Shown in pieces: positions 27,150 through 39,184 of a stretch of 64,000 bases of DNA (its first letter is position 1; each line of letters begins with the position of its first letter). The notes under the pieces are model-generated. The model was given only the letters and a program-made list of their open reading frames with translations. It was not told the origin of the DNA and did not search any database. This DNA comes from Octopus vulgaris (lineage: Eukaryota): NCBI GenBank assembly GCA_951406725.2, contig OX597826.1:11160001-11224000 (forward strand), written 5' to 3'. The position numbers were made by a program, and so were the translations under genes.

Positions 27150-27813
27150 GAGAGTGAGAGCGAGTGAAGGCAGAGAGAGAGGGGGAGAGAGAAGAGCGAG
27201 AAAAAGACAAAAGTGAGAAAAGACAAAACAATATATTTTCTTCAAAATTCATTAATCATATTTTTTCTGACTGCCACTGGCAAAAATTGGGAAGCTTTTG
27301 TTGATTTAAGAACAAAAAAAAAAAAAAATTAAATGAAAAGAAAAGAAAGAAAATTAAAGTTGAACGAGTGAATCGACACCATCAATTGTTCATACAGAAC
27401 GTATGAAGAAATGGCTAAGTTCTACAGACACAGGATTCTATAATGAGACCGTGTAGAGAATGGTGACGTATGGCGCGGTGAAGGTACGTACGTGTGTTTG
27501 TTGCGAGCGCGACGGTTTGAGCGGAAGAGTAATGTGAGGTTATGTGGGTGCAAAATATAGAATTGAGTGTTGCTTTGGGTTATATTTCCGCTTGAGAAAG
27601 GTTAACAGTACCGCCAGCTCTTTACATCAACACAGCGTTGAAGTAAAGTCAGTTAAGACTCTCACACTTCGAATTACTAAATCTTAGGCAATCGTATTTA
27701 TATGTAGATAATATGATATTTTCTATACATTAGGCATTAATTATATTTCCCCTAGTTATGTATGTTTGTTAGCAGTATGTTTATGCATGAACTTACCTGT
27801 ATATATACGTGGG

Positions 27814-27845
<32 letters not shown>

Positions 27846-27985
27846 TATACACACATATATATACACACATATATATAAATATATATGTATGTGTACATGA
27901 ATACATATACACATAACATACGTGCATACAGCCATGCATACAAACACACGCAAACAACAATATGAGAGTAAGAAGACTCTTTATT

Positions 27986-28105
27986 ATACGCTACGCTCGT
28001 TTCGACCCATCGTGCATCGGTGCCTCCTGGGTGAAATGGTGTACAAACTGTTGTGGTGCATCCTAGGTGCAGATATGTCTCCGCAGGTGGCTTGTCAAAA
28101 CGCAC
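27986..28105 (-). ncRNA. Degenerate type I hammerhead
   Basis: Minus strand gtgcgtt TTGACAA gcc...ggtc GAAAC gagc GTA gcgtat. The core carries two substitutions; the element lies in TA-rich microsatellite. Confidence 0.5.
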
Positions 28106-28134
28106 CTACAACTATTACTGATATATACAAACAC

Positions 28135-28202
<68 letters not shown>

Positions 28203-28251
28203 ATATTTCGGAATGATCATATTGCCAGTTTAGCCAATAAAATATTTAAAC

Positions 28252-28289
<38 letters not shown>

Positions 28290-28291
<2 letters not shown>

Positions 28292-28826
28292 CTTCTTGTA
28301 CTGTATTTTCTTGTAATTGTATTTTTATTTTGTATTTGTTTTAATTGTATTGTTTTTACGTCCTGTTTTTGTCACTTTTTTTTCCTTGTTTTTGCCCCTC
28401 TGCGAAGGAATTTTATCTAATTCCTTCGCAGGAAGGATTAGTTCATCGAGACGTGTACTGTCCTACCTTCGAAACACGCTAGTCGAACTAGGGACAGCTG
28501 ATGAAGGGGATTTTTCCTGTGTAGTTGTCTTGTATTCTGTTTTTTCGTTGTTAAAAATGGTCCGTTTCCTGCTTGTTTTACTTTTTCGTTTTCGTTTTTC
28601 GTTTTTCGTTTCTCGTTTAGTTCTACGTCTAATTGTGGTGTCCTGTACTCACGTATATATATTTATATATGCATGTATATATACATGTAAATGTAGGTAC
28701 GTACATATATGTATGTATGTATGTATGTATATATTTTATTTATTACACTATTGTATGACTGAGCGCCATCGCGTCGATTCGATTCGTTGCGTTTCGTTTC
28801 GTTTCGTTTCTCCTTCTTCTCTAAGC

Positions 28827-28832
<6 letters not shown>
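28290..28832 (+). mobile_element. Family F1 copy in (TA)n
   Basis: Homologous to the reverse complement of 2231-2700; (TA)n on both sides. Confidence 0.85.
28438..28509 (+). ncRNA. Scrambled-order hammerhead-like motif (F1)
   Basis: ttagttc..CGTGT A ctgtcc ta ccttc GAA ACACG ..gaactag ggacag CTGATGA a gggg. Confidence 0.62.
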
Positions 28833-28882
<50 letters not shown>

Positions 28883-28918
28883 GTACATACATATATACAT
28901 ACATACACAAACACACAC

Positions 28919-29012
<94 letters not shown>

Positions 29013-29259
29013 ATATACAAACATATTTACAAACATATTTAAATGGAAAACAATAAATAACTTCATGTAACTGGTCACAGATTGCATATCCGTAACTTTT
29101 TGCATATACCACTAGCAAATTATGCTTACGTAACTTTTGGCTTCCTGAAACAGCTGTCGAATTAAGACATTGGAAAATTTCTTTATAAATATTTTCTCTT
29201 TTTCTTTATTTTATTTTGTATTGTGTTCTGTTTATATATACATATATACAGACACACAC

Positions 29260-29353
<94 letters not shown>

Positions 29354-29368
29354 TTATAAAAATGTCAT

Positions 29369-30507
29369 CTAGTTTCAGCTCACGAGCTGTGGCCATGCTG
29401 GAGCACCACCATTTGGTGTTGCTACATTATTTTATTTCACGAATGCTTTTTAGCAATTGACATTTGGTGCATGAGAGAGTTTGATGCTGCTGCCCTCAAC
29501 TGCACCTCCTGCCGCGAAGTTGGTTCATCTGGGACACCTGACAGGAAGAGGTCCAGCCTTATTTTGAAGACACCTACATCAACCCCATACAGGTCTCTCA
29601 GGTCCTTCGAGAAGATATTGAAGAGCTTTGGTCCTCTGAAGCCCAGGCTATTGCAGTATCTTGTCCTACATCTTAATGGCAAATTTGGAGTCCTTGGCAC
29701 TATGCAGAGGCGCCCACTTCTAGTATTTGTGTAACTCTCGATGCTAAAGTTTGGGACAAGTCCTTCCAGGGTCTTCCAGATGTATATTATGGCATATTTT
29801 TCTCGCCTACATTCAAAGGAATAGAGTTTTAATCTCTTGAGTCTTTCCCAATAGCTTATATACTGCATAGAGGCTATCTTCTTCGTGTAGCTTCGTTGGG
29901 TTGCCTCAAGTTCTGTGATTAATTTGACACTGGTTGGTGACCATAGCTGAGAGCAATAGTGAAAGTGGCTTAGGACAAGTGTCCTCCAGAGGACCATCAT
30001 GGTTTCCTGGTCTCTTGTTCTTAAAGTTCTAAGAATCCATCCGGTCAGCCGCCTACATTTCATTGCCAATTTAGCAACATGCATATGAAAGGATGCATCA
30101 TTATTCATGTAAATGCCCAGGTCTCGCACTGATTGTGCCTCTGGGATTGCAATCCCTCCAGGTCCAGTGTATTTATTGGGTATTGCATTTAGTTTTGCAT
30201 GCTGATAGCACAAAGCTTGACACTTTTCAACATTGAACTGCATGCTATTCTTTTCAACCCACTTGTATATTTCATTTAGCTCACATTGCAGGTGCATAGT
30301 GTCTTCAGGGTTCTGTATTACCTGTGAAACTTTTGCATCATGTGCATAACTTGTGATCGTGGCTCTCTGTGTGGCTGAGGGCATGTCTGAGAGGGCCATT
30401 ATGAACAGCAGTGGTCCCAAACAGTGCCTTTCGGGACACCGCTCACTATTTGCGTGTCATTGGCGGTGGCCCCATTGGCTACTACCACCTGACTTCTATC
30501 CTTCAGA
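29369..30507 (-). mobile_element. 5'-truncated CR1/Jockey-group LINE (RT plus C-terminus, ORF 29437-30420; catalytic YADD mutated to YAHD)
   Basis: SGVPKG.. / GPLLFI, YAHDAK, RDLGI, YCSQLWSP, YWERLKRLKLYS; 3' UTR at 29369-29436. Confidence 0.92.
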
Positions 30508-30610
30508 AAGTCATATATATATATGCATATATATATATATATGTATGAGTGTGTGTCTATATATATATATTCTTTTATTCTTTTACTTGTTTTAGTCAAA
30601 TGACTGCGGG

Positions 30611-30783
30611 TTAAACACAATATATACTTTATAATATATAACAATATTTACATGCGATGGAAACATCTCACTATGTTTTTAACATGTCTGGTGTTTTAAC
30701 ACGCAATCCTCTGGCTATGCGCACATGGCATGTTTTCATCGCATGAAACTATTAGAAGTTCATAAAAATATACATTGTGTTTA
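30611..30783. repeat. Imperfect inverted repeat / hairpin element
   Basis: Pairs taaacacaat/attgtgttta and catgcgatggaaacat/atgttttcatcgcatg. Confidence 0.75.
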
Positions 30784-30942
30784 ATACATAATATCTATCT
30801 CTCACTAGATTTTTTGTTGATCATGCCATCACGGAGCATCATATATAATCCGAATTAGGGACTTTGCAGCCTTCGAAACATATGTAGAAAATAATATAAA
30901 GGAATTTTGTTAAATCTTCGTTCAGCTCCATTTCTTCCTACA

Positions 30943-31001
<59 letters not shown>

Positions 31002-31050
31002 GTAGGAAGAAATGGAGCTGAACGAAGATTTAACAAAATTCCTTTATATT

Positions 31051-31136
31051 ATTTTCTACATATGTTTCGAAGGCTGCAAAGTCCCTAATTCGGATTGAAT
31101 AAGGAGTCCATTTTGCAGCTTTCTCTTCAGGAAAAT
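31051..31136 (-). ncRNA. Type I hammerhead ribozyme
   Basis: Minus strand attttc CTGAAGA gaaagctgcaaa...tttgcagccttc GAAA CATATG TA gaaaat. Confidence 0.88.
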
Positions 31137-31863
31137 CCAGGAACTTAATTCTCCAACAAAATGCACAAGAAGCTTAACTCAGAACTTTTTCATATTTTGT
31201 TCGCCCGAGGGCAGCTTGTTAACTCGATTGTGCAAAATTCTTTCAGATGCCCCCACTGGAAACGGCATACCTTTCTCTCATACCAATGAAGTCTAATATA
31301 GATAACCCCTGGATTTCCTAAAAAAATTGGAAAAAAATCTGAATAAAATTTGAAAGGGGATATCCCTTCCCTGTTAGTATAAGAACTGCTAGTTGTCAAG
31401 AACTGCTGCCATCCCTGACAGCAACACTGTATCCTGCCATGGCCATTGTGGACACCCCCCTCTCTCTATCAAGTAGTCACATACGAACACACAGACACAG
31501 TTTTTTCAGTTTCTTGACCATTAATACCTGCTATATCTCTCTCTCTTTCTGCCATCGAAACACACTGTCACACATACATAGACGCACACACACATACATT
31601 AAAGAAATTTCTCACACTCAAACACTCTAACACTCATTCTTAAAATAATTCAAATATAAACACCAGTCATACAGAATACATTCACACTCTTCTGCCAACC
31701 GGATTCTGACCTTGAACTATCTCAACGGACAATCTCTTCTGCTTTCACCCAGTCTGGCGTCAACGCATATAGATAGACAGTTTGTGTCATTTATTTCATG
31801 GGCTCCTCGTGAGCGATTGTCGAAAAGCTTCTTGTGCATTTTGTTGGAGAATTAAGTTCCTGG

Positions 31864-31949
31864 ATTTTCCTGAAGAGAAAGCTGCAAAATGGACTCCTTA
31901 TTCAATCTGAATTAGGGACTTTGCAGCCTTCGAAACATATGTAGAAAAT
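31864..31949 (+). ncRNA. Type I hammerhead ribozyme
   Basis: attttc, CTGAAGA (31870-76), long stem II, GAAA (31932-35), CATATG, TA, gaaaat; predicted cleavage after 31943. Confidence 0.88.
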
Positions 31950-32140
31950 AATATAAAGGAATTTTGTTAAATCTTCGTTCAGCTCCATTTCTTCCTACAC
32001 TTAATATATAAAACTTCAAATTTCCGCACTCGTAACTTCAACCGTGCTTTTTCTGTTGTGATTTTTACTACCCAGGTATCGGTTATCATTTGAATTATCC
32101 GTAATAAGATAATTCATTTATCTACTTCAATATGTATATA

Positions 32141-32176
<36 letters not shown>

Positions 32177-32207
32177 TGTATGTATGTATGTATGTATGTA
32201 TATATAT

Positions 32208-32564
32208 AGGCGTAGGAGTGGCTATGTGGTAAGTACCTTGGGCAAGTGTCTTCTACTATAGTTTCGGGCGGACCAAAGCCTTGTGAGTGGATTTGGTAGA
32301 CGGAAATTTAAAGAAGCCCGTCGTATATATGTATATATATGTATATATGTATATATGTATTCAAAATTTGACCTCGTGTGTACCGTTGGCGATTTTTTTA
32401 CTCTATCTTCCCTTCTCTGGATCTTTCCTTTTCCTATGTTTCCGACCAAGAGCTCCGCTCGAAACGTTAAACCCTCCTTCTTTCCTTCTTTCCTGAGCGT
32501 CCAATATTACTATATTTGTTCCACGTCCTCGCGTTGTGTTTTTTTTATGTTTTCTTGTTTGGAT

Positions 32565-32625
<61 letters not shown>

Positions 32626-32858
32626 TTATGTGTGTTTATGTGTTTGTGTGTTTGTGTTTGTCCCACCAACATCGCTTGACAACCGATGCTGGTGTGTTTA
32701 CGTCCCCGTAACCTAGCAGTTTCGGCAAAAGAGACGGATAGAATAAGTACTAGGCTTACAAAGAATAAGTCCTGGCATCGATTTGCTCGACTAAAAGGCG
32801 GTGCTCCAGCATGGCCACAATCAAATGACTGAAACAAGTAAAAGGGTAAAAGAGTATA
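32208..32858 (+). mobile_element. SINE-B interrupted in its internal (TA)n by a ~200-nt HHR-bearing insert (about 32360-32568)
   Basis: SINE 5' half at 32208-32325, 3' half at 32640-32858. Confidence 0.88.
32438..32472 (+). ncRNA. Minimal type I hammerhead with degenerate core
   Basis: gttt CCGACCA a gagc tcc gctc GAAACG TT aaac. Stems are intact; the core has two substitutions from CTGACGA. Confidence 0.65.
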
Positions 32859-33266
32859 TATACATGTATGTCTGTATATTTATATATATATATATACATA
32901 TGTCTATATATATATATGTATGTATATATCTGTATATATATATATATATATATGGTTATACATACATATATAAATATGCATATACAGATATGTATATATA
33001 TGTATATACATACATATATGAAGCCTAACTCTGTTCATCTACATTGCTACATTCGTATCTTATTGAATTGGATTTCTCTTATAGCCAACGTTGCTGTCTT
33101 TCCCTGGATGAGGAGAGAGCAACATTTAAGAGGAGATTCGGTTAGAGTTTTTGTTATGACATCATTAATCACATAATTTTATGTTAAAGACTCAGTTGGA
33201 AGTCGAATATTCAGGGATTCATCTGAAGTTCTAAGCAACGGTTAACAGAAATTCCAACTTTTCAGT

Positions 33267-33566
33267 ATGTATGTATGTATGTATGTATGCATGTATGTAT
33301 GTATGTATGTATGTATGTATGTATGTATGTATGTATGTATGTATGTATGCATGTATGTATGTATGTATGTATGTATGTATACATGTATGTATGTATGTGT
33401 GTATGTATGTATGTATGTATCTATCTATCTATGCATGTATGTATGTATGCATGCATGTATGTATGTATGTATGTATGTATGTATGTATGTATCTATCTAT
33501 CTATGCATGTATGTATGTATGTGTGTGTGTTTGTGTGTGTTTGTGTCTGTCTGTCTGTCTGTCTGC

Positions 33567-33648
<82 letters not shown>
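33267..33648. repeat. (TATG)n/(TCTG)n/(TATC)n compound microsatellite
   Basis: Direct runs. Confidence 0.95.
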
Positions 33649-33797
33649 GCATAGGATTTGGAGCATCAAATAAACTTTTTGCTGTGTCTGTTTTGGACCT
33701 CAGCATTCAAAGCTGAAATCTTGCTGAGAGCTGAGATCAATTTACCTTTCATCTTTTCGAAAACGATAAAACACCGGTCAAATATTGGAGTTGATTC

Positions 33798-34100
33798 TTG
33801 GCCGAGTGGTTAGGGCAGCGAACTCGCGGTCGGAGGATCGCGGTTTTGTTTCCCAGACCGGAATTTCTGTGTGTTTATTGAGCGAAAATACCTAAAAGCT
33901 CCACGAGGCTCCGGTAGGGAGTGGTGGCGACCCCTGTTGTACTCTTTCGCCACAACTTTCTCTCACGCTTTCTTCCTGTTTCTTGAGTAACGCTGCGATG
34001 GACTGGGGTCCCGTCCAGCTGGGGGAAGGGGGTACACTTACGCCACAGAAACTGGGAAACCGGGCCCATGAGCCTGGCTAGGCTTGAAAAGGGCGACGTT
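33798..34100 (+). mobile_element. SINE-C with alternative 3' half
   Basis: Head tggccgagtggttagggcagcg; 3' part ctgcgatggactgg..cccgtccag..cagaaactggg. Confidence 0.85.
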
Positions 34101-35774
34101 TTTTGTTACATATCTCTCTCATTACTGACGCAAATTATTATAATTGCGTCTATAATTGATGGAAATTACTATATAAGATAAAAAAACACCCAATGGAATA
34201 CCAAAAGATATCAATTGTAAGGCAACACAATTCTATGACAATTACTTGTTAAGAAAATCCTCAAAAGGCGTTCAGCTACCTGATGGTACACTATTTCTTT
34301 GAAGATTTTGTTGAATGCTATTCATGCGTAGGGTAGGAGTGATGGTGTAAAACTATTCGTTTGCTACGGTTAATGATTGTGTGTTAGTACTGTTGAAAGA
34401 GACAATCTTGCTATGTCTTTATTGGAGGATATTTTCAAGATTTGTGATTATGGAAGTAGTTTAAGTTTGGCGTGAAATGTCTAACTTGCGTCAGGTTGAC
34501 GCCTTTATGCAGAAAGTCACGGGGAAGTGTGAGCAGGAGTCTGTGTGGTGAGACCTAACAGCGAGGTTATTAATGAACAAAGGCGAGATTATGGGAGACA
34601 CAGCCAAACATGTATTATGAATATGCAAACGTATATAACACACGCGTGGACACGTGTGTCAGTGTGTGCGTGCGTGTGTATGTATGTTTGCGCACATAGA
34701 AATATATTCAGATAAGTGCTCACTCCTTAATACATTCTCATACGTTATTTCATTCACTGAGAAAGATATACACATTCACATCTACATATCTTCGGATATG
34801 TACTCTCAAACAAACACACATGAATATGCAGGCACGCACACACACATGCATATATAGTTACTTCACAGACAAACAAGAATTCGCAGGTATGTGTACTTAT
34901 CCACAGCGCTTCATGCATACGGTCTGTAACATTAGCGCAGATAAAACGCCATTGACACACACGTTTATATACATAATCTACAGATTCCCATTCGTTCAAT
35001 CACATTCACGTATTCACACATTCACCACACAGAGACAAAGGCAGAGAGAGAGAGGGAAGCCACGCGCATCAAGACGCACACATACCTACGTTGAGACGTG
35101 TAACAGCTGCAATAGAAATGTTTTCAATTTTATGAAAATTCTGTTTCACTATTCAATATTTGAGAACGGTACACATTCTCTGAAATTTAAACCAGTTTCT
35201 AGCCAAGTCATAACATGCTTAACAAATTCTAGCGATTCAGCCAGAAGCAGCAGTAACTTTTAAATGCTTATATTTATTTATAGAAGATATTCAGGAGAAA
35301 ATGATAAAAATAGAGAAACATTTCTATCTTGTATATATTTGGTAAAATATTTCACCTGTATTTGTGTGTAGACGCTGCAGTCCTTGTTACAATCCTATTG
35401 TCAAAAATACATTTTGTAAGTCCGTGATGTATATTGAAAACTGATATTTAATGATTGCATTAAAAAAATAGCTTGAAATAACTGAGAGATGAATATTCCC
35501 CTGGACAGTACAAGACGCCTAAATGATATTACGGATATTTCTATCTGGTCGCTTTGCCTGCTATAGGCATTAGCCTAATCTTCCCGCAAATCTATCAAAA
35601 CCTGGAATTTTAAAAACAAACCGAAGGTATTGGTTAAAGTAGACTTTTATGTCTAAAAGGAAAGAGAAGACAATCAATCTCTTGATCGTGGATCTGATCT
35701 GGAAGTAAACAGCAGCACAAACGTAACGGAAACAGTAACAGTAATAGCAACAAAAGCAGCACACCACCACCACC

Positions 35775-35918
35775 TCTATCGGTCTCTTTTGCCGAATCGC
35801 AATGTTTAGGGGACGTAAACACACCAGCATCGGTTATCAAGCGATGTTTGGGGGACAAACACAGATACACAAACATACATACATACATGCATACATACAT
35901 TCATACATACATACATAA

Positions 35919-35983
<65 letters not shown>

Positions 35984-36070
35984 GACGGGTTTCTTTCAGT
36001 TTCCGTCTACCAAATCCACTCACAAGGCTTTGGTCGGCCCTAAGCTATAGTAGAAGACACTTGCCCAAGA
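35775..36070 (-). mobile_element. SINE-B internal fragment
   Basis: Reverse complement of the SINE-B body. Confidence 0.88.
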
Positions 36071-36394
36071 TGTCATGCGATTCCCGGATAGAGTGGCGCG
36101 TTGCGTTTTTGGTCAAACCACTTCATTTTATGATGCTCCTGCTCACTTAGTTGTAAATAGGTAACTTTGCAACGGACTAGCTTTCCGATCAGGGATGAAC
36201 GTGGTCTTGCTCGCCCAGCCGGTAATGATGCCCCTTCACCAAGCCAGCGGGGTGGAATCATCCAACAACTGAAACGATGCCATGAGTACTGTGATCAGCA
36301 ACGCATAACAGTATTCGACAGTCTTGTCGATTACGATCATGTGAATATGCAATACAATTTGTTTTTATCGTATACTATTTTCTACTAATGTATA

Positions 36395-36451
36395 CTGGAG
36401 GGGGCTTCAGCCTGATGAGATACAACGATGTCGAAACACCAGGTGTTCCAG
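36395..36451 (+). ncRNA. Hammerhead-like motif with imperfect stem I
   Basis: CTGATGA (36412-18), gata/tgtc stem II, GAA ACACC a GGTGT t ccag. Confidence 0.5.
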
Positions 36452-38316
36452 AATCGCTTGTGCCAATGAACTGATTGTGTTATGAACACATATTCATCGT
36501 AAAATAGAAGCTGTTTTCCTGTGATGTACAATCAGCTATATGAATGTGTATATGTGCCAATGTTGCTTAGCTATCGAGAATTAGAACTATATAACAAAAA
36601 TCACAATAGGTTGGTGGGACCTTTAAAGCCCCAAACGAAATACTTTACTGTATTTAGTAAAGTTTCATCAATTTCTGAATTCAAATTCAACAAGGGAAAA
36701 CTTTACTTTTAATCTTTCCGGATCGGAAACAATAAGTGTCAGTGAGGTGTTACAATCAATATGATGGACTTTAGCCATTCCTCAGAACCAAAGGCTTGTG
36801 ATCATATTTAAAATTAATAGGAATTATATTGTTTATAATAGACTGGTGCCCTATTTCGAAGTTAACCTTGTATATAATTCACTTAACGCTATTAAACCAG
36901 ACTCCTTAGAACTTAGAAAACATTTATGTTTCGCTTTAATGTTATTTCATTTAATCCATATCTTTCTGTTGTTACCAGATGTTTTCTGTTATCTTCCATC
37001 TTAAACTAATCTTCATTTTCATTTTTTTCAAAATATTTCTCTCATCATTCGTTATATTTCGATTCACCACCATCAATTATTGCCTATTAATAGTTTCTAT
37101 TTTGATATTGTCAGCCATTAATGTATTTCTATTATATTAAATGTTAATGTCGGCCATTAGTCTGTATCTGTTTGATACTCTATGTATTTATTATCATTCA
37201 CTTGTCTATCGAGTCAGGCACCAATTTTGAAAATACTACATCTTAATTTGAATTATATACTATTTTCTGTTTTGTTTACCATTTTTCAGTCATTATATAG
37301 TATTTTCATGTTGACGTCGGTTTTTTTAGAATTTTTAGTTGCCGTTCAATTATATAATTTTAACGCCGTACATTTCTTAATACTATCTCTCACTTTCTTT
37401 CCTCGCTTGTTATTTCCTGTTAAAAACCTTGATGTCTCACCTCTCCAACTTTTGATTCTTTAAAGAACGTTCATCTCCATTCACTGATGTATTTTAATTC
37501 GTGTTCAGTTTTGAAAGTTTATCCACTGATTGTTGGAAATAATGTACTTTATAGTCGCCCAAGAGACATCACTCGGTTTTGTAAGCATCCCTAGTCAGCC
37601 ATGTTTGATAGTGACAAGAATAGCAAAGAAATCCCAGCTGACTTTTTCGATCACCTTAATCAGAATCCACCTCAAAATTGAGAGATTTATTTCTTTAAGA
37701 CAAGGAGGACAAAGTAGTAGAAGACCAAAATATCAACTTGAACAGCAACAACAATAACATAACCAAAAATAACAACGAGGAAGACGATTACAATAATGGA
37801 GGTGATGATGATGACGACGATACATAGATAGAAGAGAGAGCAAGAGCAAGAAACAGTGGTAAAGAGATATGATGTCTTTTCTCACCAGCAGCTTCTTTCT
37901 CTAGTACACTATGTTTTAACCTGTCACACACACATGACATGGTATCATCTCTTTTTCTTGTCTTTATTTTTGAAATTTCGTTATATTTTTTGTCTTTTTT
38001 TCTCTTCTTTATCTTCAATATTGGTATTTTAAACTTCATCTTCTATGTGTGCAACTGGGAGCGTAAATTCCGAACGCGACAGAATCATAATAGTTGCGTG
38101 TGGTAGCGAATACACGCGCGTACAATAACACATACAGAACCACACACACACACACACAAACACGCATAGACACACGCATAGACACACGCATACACATATA
38201 CATGTCTATTTATGAGTTTATATACGATTATATTCTTACGTATACACTTGAGTATAAATTGATAAATATATTAATAAGTATGCATGTGTGTGTATATATA
38301 TATATGTGTGTGTGTG

Positions 38317-38348
<32 letters not shown>

Positions 38349-38798
38349 CAAACATACGCATATATATACATAGATACATACACACACACACACATATATA
38401 TATACGTACATACATATATACATACGTACACACACACATACACACACACATATATATATTCATGCACATATATACATAGGCGTGTGTATCTACGAACGGA
38501 TAGATATATTTGTATGAAGGTACGTGTCTGTGCGTGGCTTGTGCTTGCGTATACGTGTATACACACACACATATACATCTATGCATATAGATATACACTC
38601 ATTTGTATACAAATATGATATACATACATACATACACATATACATACAGACACACACACACACATATATATATATATATGCGTGTGTAGTGTGTATCCAC
38701 ATTCACACGTTCGTATGCTTGTATGTGTTTCTAAGTTCATAACAGCTTACGAAAACAAAATAATGAAATAATAACAATAATATATATATATATATATG

Positions 38799-38829
<31 letters not shown>

Positions 38830-39151
38830 CTATATAATGTTATGCTGTCTAAATAAGATGTTATGAGATATGGAAATCTGAGAGAAGGATACGGGAAAAG
38901 AAAGAAATCGGCTGCTATGGAAAGGAAAACACCAAACACTCACCAGGAATAAATTCCACAAAAGAAATATCATGTAATTTTTAGTGATTTGTCTCAAGTT
39001 TTTTTTCCTGAATAAACGCAATGAAATTATTTCTTTTGCGCCTCTGGTGAGAAGTGTGGAATAGATAAATATTCAATAAAAAGCGTTTATCAATGTTAAA
39101 TTCTAACGCATTGACGCAGTAATGTTGTCAATGATATAAATTATATATATG

Positions 39152-39184
<33 letters not shown>

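Larger units (their letters stand above)
30847..32002. mobile_element. HHR-bearing element with ~178-bp inverted arms (30998-31175, 31825-32002) plus a third partial arm (30847-30944) across a (TA)n tract
   Basis: Arms are near-perfect reverse complements, and each full arm holds a complete HHR. Confidence 0.85.

Noticed and set aside
28317-29042. 241-aa hydrophobic ORF
   Set aside because: T-rich F1 repeat plus microsatellites; not conserved as a frame between copies
29140-29165. GAAA-CAGCTG-UC half hammerhead
   Set aside because: No recognisable CUGANGA upstream; at most a fossil
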